Shown piece after piece: positions 26,513-38,210 of a stretch of DNA of 64,000 nucleotides. Within the stretch, counting starts at the first letter, position 1. Every line of letters starts with the position of its first letter. A model generated the notes under the pieces. That model was not told the DNA's origin. It ran no database searches and worked only from the letters and a program-made list of their open reading frames with translations. This stretch comes from Octopus vulgaris (taxonomy: Eukaryota), in NCBI GenBank assembly GCA_951406725.2, contig OX597814.1, positions 175,212,001-175,276,000 on the forward strand, given 5' to 3'. Position numbers and translations under genes: made by a program.

Positions 26513-27035
26513 TATTTAGACTAAATGAGTAGTTACTTATGTATTCCCTATATGTTTATAAATGGCAGACACCATTCTGTACCTGAACAAAGGTTGTCAA
26601 AATCTATTGGATCTTCTTGCTGGACCATATGTATGTATGTGTGGTAAGAAGTTTGCTTCCCAATCACAAGAGTCTGGGTTCAGTCCCACAGCATGGCAAC
26701 TTGGCACCTTGGGTAAGTGTCTTTTATTTACTATAGCCTCAGGCCAACCGAAGCCTTATAAGTGGATTTAGTAGACGGAAACTGAAAGAAGGTCATTATA
26801 TATATATGTGTGTGTGTGTGTGTGCATGTCCTCCACCATCACTTGACAACTGATGTCGGTGTATTTACATCCTCATAACTTAGTGGTTCAGCAAAAGAGA
26901 CTGATAGAATAAGTACCAGGCTTAAAAAAAAAATAAGTGCTGGAGTAATTCATTCAACTAAAATTCTTAAAGGCAGTGCCCCAGCATGGCCAGGCATTAG
27001 ACTGTGGCCATGCTGGGACATAAGTAAAAGATATA

Positions 27036-27512
27036 TCGTCATCATCGTTTAACGTCCACTTTCCATGCTAGCATGGGTTGGATGATTTAACTGAGGTCTG
27101 GCGAACCAGATGGCTGCACCAGGCTCCAGTCTGATCAGGCAGAGTTTCTACAGCTGGATGCCCTTCCTAACGCCAACCACTCCGGGAGTGTAGTGGCTGC
27201 TTTTGTGTGCCACTGGCACGAGGACCAGTCAGGCGGTACTAGCAACGGCCGCGCTCAAATGGTGCTTTTTATGTGCCACCTGCACAGGAGGCAGTCCAGT
27301 GGGACTGGCAACGACCTCGCTCGAATGTTTTTTCCCTGTGTCACCAGTCACCAGCACAGATGCCAGTAAAGCAATGGAGGTAATGATCACGCTTGAATGG
27401 TGCTTTTTATGTGCTACTGGCACGGAAGCCAGTTTGTTGCTCTGGCAACAATCATGCTTGGATGGTACTCTTAGCGCTCCACTAGCACGGATGCCAGTCA
27501 TCAAATTTGATT

Positions 27513-27515
<3 letters not shown>
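27036..27515 (-). mobile_element. SINE with tggttggcgttaggaagggcatccagc domain (Meta/Ceph-type, RTE-related), internal ~60-bp subrepeats and (GAT)n tail
   Basis: Further copies near 11198-11380, 15847-16100, 21435-21720, 31660-31913, 44750-45097. Confidence 0.7.
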
Positions 27516-27554
<39 letters not shown>

Positions 27555-27795
27555 AATACATACATGTTTTATTCTTTACATTTGCTTATATACATGTAAC
27601 ACTTATAAGATATATAAATATATATATAATTCTGGTTCATTCCCACTGCGTACACCTTAGACACGTATCTTCTGCTGTAGCCTTGGGTTAACCAAAATTT
27701 TATTTGTGAGTGGATATGGTAGATAGAAACTGAAAGAAAACTATCACATACACACACACACACATATGTATATATGTATGTTTATATATTTGTAC

Positions 27796-27828
<33 letters not shown>

Positions 27829-28418
27829 CATAAATGTATATAGGTATATGTGTGTTTGAGGCTCTTTGGATAGTTGTAAATGAGTATCACAATCATATAA
27901 TTTGGTCATTCATTTTCACTCATCTGTGAGAAACCTATTTGGAAATAATACCATTCTTGAAAATAAATGAGGTTTGGCAACAGGAACAGCATCTAGTTGT
28001 AGAAAAATCTGACACAATGTATTTTGCCTGACCCTTGTAAACATGGCACAAGTGCATGCTAAAACAATGAGGACGATAATACATAATTAGTAATAAAAAC
28101 AAACTGAGACAAGAACTCATTACCATTTTTTCAGGTGAGTAATAGAATTGGTTGAGAGAGAAATGTGGGATTAAAAAGAATAAGGGCTGGGGATAGATAT
28201 GAGAGTATGTCTTTGAAGGTATAAATCAGTAGATTCAGCCTCTATAGACCAATAAATAAAGCTTGAAAGGATCAATGAGATATGTAACAAAAACCATTTA
28301 CCTGTATGTATATATGTGGAATTAGTTAATCCTTAATCATCTAAATTAATCATTTAGATGATTAAGGATCATTTTGTAAAACTTGATTCTTGGAGGGTAG
28401 GCAATAGCAAGCAGCAAT

Positions 28419-28421
<3 letters not shown>

Positions 28422-28484
<63 letters not shown>
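28422..28484. repeat. (TG)n microsatellite in the presumed MEGF9-like 3' UTR
   Basis: About 31 perfect units. Confidence 0.95.
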
Positions 28485-28485
<1 letters not shown>

Positions 28486-28728
28486 GAGAGAGAGTATGTG
28501 AGAGTGACATTGTTAAGTTCAGATACTGAACTTTTCAAAAGTCTTGTAGAATATTACTTGTCCACTGATTAACAATGGACATGAGTAAATTTTTTTTCTT
28601 AACACATACTCACACATATAATGTATGTATGTATGCATATACACAGATATGTATGTATGTGGAGAAATACAACAATACAGATATTGGAGAGTATAAAAGT
28701 AGTTAATTGCTCGTATTGAATATATCTG

Positions 28729-29030
28729 TCACAAACACTCTTTCAGTGGAGAATACTGCATGTCTCTTTGTTGGCCTGGTATACGGAATCCACTAGAACA
28801 AGCAATGTTATTACCATCATCAAATTCTTGGTTATTCATATCAATGAATCTGATGCCAGCTTGGTCATCTTTCCGCTGATTTCTGTTGAGTCGTTTGACT
28901 TTGGTACAAATACGATGGTAGTATAAACAGACAGAAAGGAAAACTAACAGGAAACAGACAAGAACAATAAGAAAAATCAATGTGCCACTCAGTTTCTGAG
29001 ATTCCACAGATGTCTTTTTTTTACCAAATC
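28729..29030 (-). CDS. MEGF9-like exon 7 (transmembrane helix and cytoplasmic tail, stop)
   Basis: ttttttcag|GA TTT GGT...; TLIFLIVLVCFLLVFLSVCLYY TM followed by basic HRICTKVKR; ends QYSPLKECL*. Confidence 0.92.
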
Positions 29031-29125
29031 CTGAAAAAAATTAATAAATGTTAGAGAAACATCAGAATGAAAAAAAAGCAGAAAAGTTATAAATTTTTTC
29101 TTTTTGTTTAATATTAAATAATATA

Positions 29126-29530
29126 GGCGCAGGAGTGGCTGTGTGGTAAGTAGCTTGTTTACCAACCACATGGTCCCAGTTCAGTCCCACTGCGTGGCAC
29201 CTTGGGCAAGTGTCTTCTACTATAGCCGCGGGCCAACCAAAGCCTTGTGAGTGGATTTGGTAGACGGAAACTGAAAGAAGCCCGTCGTATATATGTATAT
29301 ATATATATGTGTTTGTGTGTGTTTGTGTATCTGTGTTTGTCCCATCCAACATCACTTGACAACCGATGCTGGTGTGTTTATGTCCCCGTTACTTAGCGGT
29401 TCGGCAAAAGAGACCGATAGAATAAGTACTGGGCTTACAAAAGAATAAGTCCCGGGGTCGAGTTGCTTGATTAAAGGCGGTGTTCCAGCATGGCCGCAGT
29501 CAGATGACTGAAACAAGTAAAAGAGTAAAG
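29126..29530 (+). mobile_element. Full-length CORE-type tRNA-derived SINE (octopus OR-like family)
   Basis: A-box-like tggctgtgtggtaag, B-box-like gttcagtccc, CORE-like ggcaccttgggcaagtg, internal TA/TG run; further copies near 4713-5010, 5765-5945, 6190-6555, 26637-26995, 31443-32040, 36678-37090, 40255-40645, 42243-42450, 61460-62160. Confidence 0.8.
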
Positions 29531-30345
29531 AGGGTATTGTAATTTTCATCAACTATATTGGCACAGGTATAACTCTGTAGTTAAGAAATTTACTTCCCAA
29601 TTTTACCAAAATCTGGGTAATCTATATGAAAAAAACAAAAAAAGCCCAACTTCTTTGTTTTTCTTTTTTTTTACAATATCCAGTTTCATACTCTGACCAA
29701 GAATTAACTAGGTATAAATGATCATACATCATGGTTTCAAAATTAATGCTAATTTAAAAATTGCCCCATGAAGTTTTGATACCTACACAATACACTGTGT
29801 AACAAAAGTTCCTTTTTCTTTTTATCTTTGGTCAGTAAGTGTTATATCTTATTTGCTTCTATCTAGAAATCAAAGGAAATGACTACTATTCCCTTCAAAG
29901 TTTGCTTTTGTGACCCAGACATCAATGTTTTGAAACTGACCTATCTTCCATTGCAGTTCAGACAGGTTCAGCATTGAGTTGCTGAGGCAGAAATATCATT
30001 ATAGCAAATATTCTGCTCAATACCAGAGATTTGCTTGTCAGTTACTTGACCTTAACCTCTTGAGCATTTCCCTTAGTGGCTGACAGTAAGTGCACCTCTG
30101 ATCATGTGCAGGCATAGTAGGGGAGCATTATAGTCATGTGCCAAGAGGGATTCTTTGGGGTTTGAATAAATGTAACAAAAGCAAATTTTGAAGGAAATAT
30201 TAGCTATTTTTCATACTTTCTAAGGGTAAGCAAATAGGAAAAAAAGCTGCTACCCAAGGACGAAAATTGTGTTATGCTGTGTTATAGAGGCGAAACATAG
30301 GTTAGAATTAAAAATAAAGAAAGAACTCAAACAATAATAATTCAC

Positions 30346-30450
30346 CTTCATATGTGCAGTTCTTGTGTAGAATTGGGTCACCAACAAAACCAGGAAGGCA
30401 GTCATCACAAGCAAAACCAGTAGTATTACGAAGGCAATGCATACATGCAC
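30346..30450 (-). CDS. MEGF9-like exon 6 (laminin-type EGF, second half)
   Basis: tttctttag|GT GCA...GAA G|gtgaat; GACMHCLRNTTGFACDDCLPGFVGDPILHKNCTYE (a different frame from the ORF-track entry); 105 nt, phase 1/1. Confidence 0.92.
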
Positions 30451-30919
30451 CTAAAGAAATATAAAACACAGATTTTTTCTTTTCACCTTCAAAGACTGTA
30501 GAAAGGAAATGACTACTATTCCCTTCAAAGTTTGCTTATCACTTGGTCAGGATGTATGAGCTTTTAATAATGTTTAACACAATAGATTTGGCCCAGGCTG
30601 AATTTAACTATGTAGCTGCAAAACCACTTTAGCCAATCTTCTGACAAACCATCAGTGTGTCAGTCTGTTCTACAAGGCTCTCTATGTTTGGTTCACTTTT
30701 ATCCTATGTTTTTGTACATTATTTTGTCAGCACTCGTGAAAAATCAGTTGAAAACATGTGTTATTTGTAAAACTAAAAGTGAGCGTGTGATTTTAAGATA
30801 GACTGTTTGAACTAAAACCATATCAGGATGAAAGCTTGGTTGAATATCAGATACAGAGGAAGAGTTACAACAAAGTTCCTAAATTATAAGAAAATTAACA
30901 GAGATGCAGCACGAAGTTT

Positions 30920-30966
30920 TGTCAGTGAACAGGTCGCGGTCTCAAAGTGAGGAAAATATTTCGGCA
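30920..30966 (+). ncRNA. Hammerhead-like motif with G3:C8-swapped core (partly decayed copy)
   Basis: tgtca-GTGAACA-g-gtcgc-ggtctcaaa-gtgag-GAAA-atat-TT-cggca; intact consensus reconstructed from the copies at 51990-52085 and 56536-56560. Confidence 0.5.
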
Positions 30967-31176
30967 AATTAAATTTAAATGTTGAAGTGAATCTAACGGT
31001 TTTTGTGTGTTTCTTAAATGGCTTATAAACACCTTCCATGCTGCAATTATTTTCGTTCCAGCACACAATCTCAGATCAAGTCACTTGCTATGCAAGTATA
31101 CCTCTATAAGAATATTATATGTCAGAAAATACAAACATTGCCAATAGTAACAAAGGTGAAAAGCTTAAAACCTTAC

Positions 31177-31335
31177 CAGTGCGGGGATCGCAAATCTCGG
31201 GGGAGTTAAGGTCAACATTGTCATTGCAAATGCACTTGGCACACTTGTCATAATACGAGAAGTAGCCATTGTCACAAACTTCACAATTTTTACCATTATA
31301 ACCCTTCTTACAGTAGCAAGTAGCTACTTCTCCCA
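31177..31335 (-). CDS. MEGF9-like exon 5 (laminin-type EGF)
   Basis: ctttcag|TG GGA...ACT G|gtaagg; CYCKKGYNGKNCEVCDNGYFSYYDKCAKCICNDNVDLNSPEICDPRT, resembling the distal LE repeats of vertebrate MEGF9; 159 nt, phase 1/1. Confidence 0.92.
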
Positions 31336-33708
31336 CTGAAAGAAAAATAAGTTAAAAAATAATAAGTAGTGTAAGAAAAATTAAAGCAATATAATAAAAA
31401 AAAATCCATTTTAAGACAAAAAGATTATTATTATAAAAGTTCATTCTTTTACTTGTTTCAGTCATTTGACTGCAGCCATGTTGAAGCACCGCTTTGAAGG
31501 GTTTTAACTGAACAAATTGACCCCAGGACTTATCTTTTAAAGCCTAGTCTCTTTTGCCTAAATGCTGAGTTACAGGAAGGTAAACACACCAACACTGGTT
31601 GTCAAATGAGGATGGGAGGACAAACACAGATACAAAGACACACACACACACATATACATGTGCCAGAGGCACGTAAAAAGCACCAACCGATCGTGTCCGC
31701 TGCCAGCCTCCCTTGGCACCCGTGCCGGTGGCACATAAAAAGCACACACTACACTCAATGAGTGGTTGGTGTTAGGAAGGGCATCCAGCTGTAGAAACAC
31801 TGCCAGATCAGACTGGAGCCTGGTGCAGCCTCCTGGCTTCCCAGACCCCTGTCGAACCATCCAACCCGTGCTAGCACAGAAAACGGATGTTAAACGATGA
31901 TGATGATGATGATGGGCTTCTTTGGTTGACCTGAGGCTATAGTAGAAGATACTTGCCCAAGGTGCCATGCAGTGGGACCGAACCTGGATCCATGTGGTTA
32001 GGAAGCAAGCTTCTTATCACACCGCCACGCCTGTACCTATGTGCTCGGGTGGTAGTATTTTTCCAAATTAAAGTCTACGCTTGAAAATATAGTCAGGTGG
32101 GCAAGTGTTTGCATAACATTGAGTTGACCAATGCCTTGGGAGATAAATTTAGCAGGTGGAAACTCTGTGGAAGCCCATGAATGTGTGTGTGTAAATTGGT
32201 CCACTGAACAATAGCTTGAAATATCTAAGTTATGAGTAAGATGGTGAGCTGACAGAATTTTAAAAGCACCAGCAAAATGCTAATGGCATTTCATCCACCT
32301 CTATGTTCTGAGTTCAAATTCTGCTGAGGTCGACTTTGCCTTTCATACTTTTGTATCAGTTGAGCACTGGGGTTGATGTAATCAACTGGCCCCCTCTGCT
32401 GAAATTACTGGCCGTTGTGTCAAAACGTGAACCCAACATTTAAGTAACAAGTTATGTCCCTTTATGACATTCATTAAATATAGATAGATATACCAAAGTA
32501 CAAGGAACAATATAATCAATCATAACAGTTGACGGTGGTGCTCCAGCTTGGTTACAGTCCAAAGACTGAAATCTGTACAAGAATAAAAAAGAAATATAAC
32601 AAAATTATCTCTGTTGTTGTTAGCAATTTATCTAGTCACATTCATTTCCATTCTGAGTTCAACTTGCACTGAAATCAAGTTTTGTCTTATATCCTTCTTT
32701 AGTGTCAACCAAATAGGGTATTAGTCAAACACAGATGTAGATTAAATCACCTTATACCCTCCCACAAAATCTGCTCACATGTCTGTATAAGAAATCATTG
32801 TAATATTTAGTGTTCAAATTACACAGGGGTTGAGAGCCTGCTTTCTTTATTTCCAGAGTCGACATACAGAAGTAGATTCAGTTGATTAGATACTCCCTAC
32901 AAATTTATAATTTTGCCCCAAAGTATGAAATCATTATTATAAAAGGTGCTAGAACAACAAATTATTGGAAGTCAGATTAATATTCAGTTGTGTCCCTTCT
33001 TTGTTTTGTGTTTAAAATTCTGTTTCATTCCTCGTACCTCAGCAAATAATAATTACTATCATATCAAGCACAACAATAATAATTCTTTCTACTATAAGCA
33101 CAAGTACTTATTTTATTGATCCAGAAATTTGAACTCAGGGTACATAGCTGGAAGAATCGTTGGCATTCTATCCAGCATGCCAACAATTCTTCCACAAGAT
33201 ATTTTTTGCCGAGCTAGCAGAATCATTAGCACAATTGATACTTGATGAAAAGCAAAATCAACTTCAGCGGAATTTGAACTCAGAACGCAAAGACAGACAA
33301 AATACCACTAGGCATTTTGCCTGGCATACTAACGTTTCTACCAGCTCACTGCCTTCTGAAGCATAAATATTGTTATAGCAAATATTCTGCTCAATACCAC
33401 AGACCTGCTTGTCAGTTGCTTGACCGTAACCACTTCAGCATTTCCCTTCGTGGTTGACAATATGTGTGTCTCTGATCATGAGCAGGAGTAGTGGGGGAGC
33501 ATCATAGCCGTGTGTAGAGAAGGATTCTTTGGGGTTTGAATAAATATAACAAAAGTAAAGTTTGAAGGAAATATTAGCTATTTTCCAAATTTTTCTAGGA
33601 GTAAGCTACCCAAGGACAAAAATCATATTACACTGTGTAACGGACAGATTAACAGATTTGGTTATGTCATTGCTGAAGAAGAAAACTGATATAAAAAAAT
33701 GGACTTAC

Positions 33709-33900
33709 CTAAGGTACAAAAGAAACTCGAGTCTGATTTGCAAGGGCAGGACAGGCAATGGCCATCTTTTTCATAGAAAAAGTGCTTACATTGATGACAA
33801 AACAAACCAGTGTATCCTTCCCGACAGTGACATATATCTAAGGAATTCAGGTCACATTTCTCATCGCCAGGTTTAACTCCAGGAGGGTGACAAGAACAAA
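33709..33900 (-). CDS. MEGF9-like exon 4 (laminin-type EGF)
   Basis: atttcag|TT TGT...TTA G|gtaagt; CSCHPPG...CHCREGYTGLFCHQCKHFFYEKDGHCLSCPC; 192 nt, phase 1/1. Confidence 0.92.
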
Positions 33901-36060
33901 CTGAAATATTAGACAATGTCAGATTTTGAAATAAGAGCAATTGTGTAAAAGTGAATGCCAAACAAAGAAATATATAAAAAAAAAAGAAAGAAAAAACTTC
34001 AGAAATAAAGAAGAAATGTGTAATTATTAAGTATTTGGCTTACTGACAAATTACTAGAAACAAGCCTTATATTTGGCCACATCATATCTTGACCAATTTC
34101 TCTAAGATATTATATCTATAGTTTTAAAATGAATAAGGTTGTTTCCAAATAAGGCAATATTTACCCATGACCAGACATATAATTCAACGAAATTATCCCT
34201 AAGTCAGCTTCTACATGCCAGGATCAGATGATTCCTGTTTGTGCCACCTACCACAGCAGCTCCCAGACAGTCCTTGGAACAGTAAGGCTAAAGTCAACAC
34301 CCCACCAACAATTCCACACTCTAGAGGATTCAAATCAGGAGAGTAAGAGAGTCAAATGATCATAGAGAATATTGTGATCTTGGATTTAATTCGCCCTCTC
34401 CTCATAACATAACATTTGTATTAGATGTCCCTATGCACCACAAGTGAAAAAGTGAACTTCACAAACTTGATCTGTTTAGCAATGGCTTTCATTAACCCGC
34501 TGGAGTCATTGTTAATGATATCCTGGGCTTACTGGATGAACCCAGCCATCCTGGAGACATCTGGCCATTGAAAATGCTTTCTTTTGGCCTTGATAACACA
34601 TTCTCATCAGAGGTTCCCAGCTCTTTTCTCACCCTGAACACACAAGACTTAGCCACATTGAAAAACCAGTGATCTCCAAAGGACTGTAATCAGTAGCTAG
34701 TGTCATGAGTATAGTGTACCTTTTTATTTCTCAGTTAAGATCGAAATCTGCCATATTTATGATGTTTATATGTTAGTAAGTGAGAAAGTCAAATTTGACA
34801 CACACCATCATATGGCCTATAAATTCGTTCACAAGTACTTATAACATTCTGCATAATTTACTGCATATTCAAGATGCCATACTGCAGATTATTGGTAAGT
34901 TCCCAACAAGCTAGGTCTGTGATACTATTTCTACTTTCATTTATGCCGCATGTTTAATTTCTGGCTGTAATGATGGGCTTTGGCCTTGGCACATTATATG
35001 AAAATGAAGTCTTAAGTGGTGTGATCCAATGAGCTTTTAGGATTTATAAGCAGCCTTTTGTTTTACACCTTTGAAATCGTTTGGTAATCGGTAGCAGCTT
35101 TACTAATAATTTCCCCATATATCTTTTATGGTGATTCCTCCAGAAAAGATTGTAAAAATATATACATGGTTCTACCACATGTTGATAAGAACACAGGAAA
35201 TTGCTCTCAAGACAATTTAGTTATTGTATAGAAAACTTTTAGTTTCCTACATTTGAATTTAAGCTGCCTTTCTTCCAAATCTTGTCATTTTCTCAATATC
35301 CATGTTGTGCTTCAAAAATATGCAAATATTTTTTTTCAATTTGTGTTAGTTAAATGCTATTTAACCCCAAGTTCACACTGGTTGAACAGCCTACAATTAA
35401 AGCTGTCCTATCAATGACTTTCCCATCAATTCATATATATATATATTTAGCACTATATTGTCCAACATTTCCTTTAATTTTTAAGGCAGTTGGCTGTAAT
35501 TTTAAGATTTGGTTGCTAGATCTAGCAGGTTGACCATGTATAGACTGCTCTACCCTCATCACCACTATCTTTTTAGAAGGCTTAAATCTGAGCTTGGCAC
35601 CAGATATGTTGTGCATGGTGCCTGAGAAACTGGCAATCCAGCCATATGCTCTTTACAAAGTAATATGGACTAACCGTTATGCTAAACTAGCCAGAACTAG
35701 CCTCTCACACCTACCCTACAATGTCATTTTAAAAATAAACAATCACATCATTAAAGTCTTGAAGTTCCAAGATAATGCATGATTAATTCAAAACAATGAA
35801 TAAATAAGCATTGCATTTAACAGAGTAACCAGAATTTGGTTTATTTTTACTAGGTACAAGGATGATCCATGCAGAGAAAGAGGTATAGTTTATCAGGTTG
35901 AGAATTTTTCCTAAAGACCAACTTAAATTATCTATTTGAACATTTAAATTCAGAATCATAGAACTCATATCATCAAACAAAGAATTTGATAAAAAATGAA
36001 AAAATAAAATAAAACAAACAAACGAACAAATACAAAATAAACAAAAATTAAAAGCTCTAC

Positions 36061-36228
36061 CATTTGTTTTACTTGAGTTATTTTCATCTGTGTACAACAG
36101 GAATTCTGCTGACCGAAAAGAGGAAGTGGAATAGTTGGCTGATACATATATAGAGTAAAATGTGTGATTGAGAAGACCCTCAAGGCAAAACCACGTGACA
36201 TCTGCTTTCACGGTTCTTTTGATGCTGG
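36061..36228 (-). CDS. MEGF9-like exon 3 (C-terminal half of FN3)
   Basis: atttcag|CC AGC...; LEGLLNHTFYSIYVSA fits FN3 strands E-F (L.gL...t.Y.i.V.A); exon ends at 36061 (gtagag) or 36073 (gtaaaa), both phase 1. Confidence 0.85.
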
Positions 36229-37805
36229 CTGAAATTGATAAAGAAAATTCCAAAATTGATAAAAAGCAATTTTATTGTGTGTGCGTGTGAGAGAGAGAGA
36301 TGTATTTGATAAACTTTGTGAATGGATTTGGTAGACAGAAACTGAAAGAAGCCTTTCATATATATGTATGCATATGTGTGTGTGTGTGTGTGCATGCGTT
36401 ACTGTCTCCTTGCCTTGACATTATACAACAGTCGTAAACAAGTGTCACTGATGTGTGAATGGTGTCCCTACATTTCCAATTTCCTGTCTCTGGTCATGGG
36501 GAAATGTTAACAAGTGACAGTTGGCAAAAGGTGTGGCAACCAGCCATAGAAAATCTGCCTGACCTATATGAACATGGAAAAGTGGATATTAAACTGATGA
36601 GGATGATCATATGATTCCTACCATGCATTTAGGAAGTTGAGGCAAACATCGTCATGTTCTTTCTAAACATTATTAGAGGTGCACAGATGGCTGTGTAGTA
36701 AGAACTTGCTTCCCAACATGGTTTCAGGTTCAGTCTCACTGCAAGACATCTTGAGCAAGTGTCTTCTACTATAGCCTCAAACCGACCAAAGCCTTGTGAG
36801 ATTGGATATGGTAGACGAAAACTGAAAGAAGATTGTTGTGCATATATGTATATATATATATATGTATGTATGTATGGCTTTTAAATGTCTGTGTTCCCAT
36901 CACCCATCACTGCTTGACAACCAATATCGGTGTGTTTACGTCCCCCTGTAACTTAGTGGTTAGGCAAAAGATACTGACAAAATAAGTACTAGGCTTTAAA
37001 AAATAGTCTTGGGGTCAATTTGTTCGACTAAAACACCTCAAGGTGGTGCTCCAGTATGGCTGTAGTCAAATGACTGAAATAAGTAAAATAACAAAAAAAT
37101 TAACAGAATTAAGAGTTTGAAATATTAAATAAAAAACTCAATGTTTTTGTTCAGTGTAGGTTTTCCAAAATATCTCTCAAATTTGGGGGTAGGGCATAGT
37201 CAGTTATCCCAATCCTATTACTTGACTGACATTTATTTTATCTACCCTAGAGGGACAAAAGGTAATAATGATGTTGGTAGTATTAAAACTCAGAATGTAA
37301 AAGATTATAAGTAAATACTTCATGGGATTTTGTCTGATGTTCAAATGATTCTGCCATACCAGTGTCCTAAATATAAATGATCCAAAATTATTTTGATATT
37401 GTTGGAAGATTTGGACATAGAAGCAAAAACATCTAAATGTTTGATATGAATTGTTCTTAAGATTATCAATCTCATTCTAATAACTGAAAGATTATTTTCA
37501 ATTTATTCAAGCTCAGTGGTTGAATGGACAGTTTACCTTGAAATAAAGTTCCTACTTTGAATCTAGAACATATCAAAGAGTAAGAGCTCTGATGATGATT
37601 GTAGATAAAATTAATGTAAATTTTGAAAAACCACTTTCATTTCTAAAGATGAGGTTAAAAAAAAAAAAAAAAAAAAAAAAAACACTGCCATCTTGCTGGA
37701 ACATCAGGCACTAAATTAGATTCTAAAAATCCTTTATCCAAGTTTACTGTAACCAGCATAATCTTCAGCGATCAGGTCAGCTTAGATTAAAACAAAATAT
37801 TTTAC

Positions 37806-38210
37806 CTTCTTCTGAATCCTTTTGTTTGTATTCAATTATATATTCATGTATATCACCAAATAAACCAATTTTGTTATTAATCTTTCCATGGTGGGCTTTG
37901 TATGAGAATCCCTTGTTTACAGAATTAGTACTGTTTTCAATTGATTGTTGTTCATTTTTTCTAAAGTTAACAGGTTTATTTTCTGCTGTTTGATATGATT
38001 GATTTGGTTGACTTTCTTCTGGTAATGGAATAGTAAGCTGGTGCAGTAATAAATCATTGGCATCTTTGTCAATGTTTGCATGGCTAATATAATTGCTAGG
38101 TAGAAAGTACACAGGACGTTCCCAGATGAGGTAGTATTTATTTGAGGAATCATTCTCATTGGAAAATTGGAATGCTTCAAGTTCAAATGGAGCCAAGGCA
38201 GATGATATAG
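37806..38210 (-). CDS. MEGF9-like exon 2 (N-terminal half of FN3 with long insert)
   Basis: ttctttacag|CT...GAAG|gtaaaa; 405 nt, phase 1/1; APFELEA...YYLIWERP...GDIHEYIIEYKQ. Confidence 0.85.

Noticed and set aside
29126-29200. tRNA gene
   Set aside because: tRNA-derived SINE head without a complete cloverleaf
30250-30450. ORF-track hydrophobic peptide MHVCIAFVILLVLLVM...
   Set aside because: Wrong frame of MEGF9-like exon 6; splice phase gives the Cys-rich LE frame
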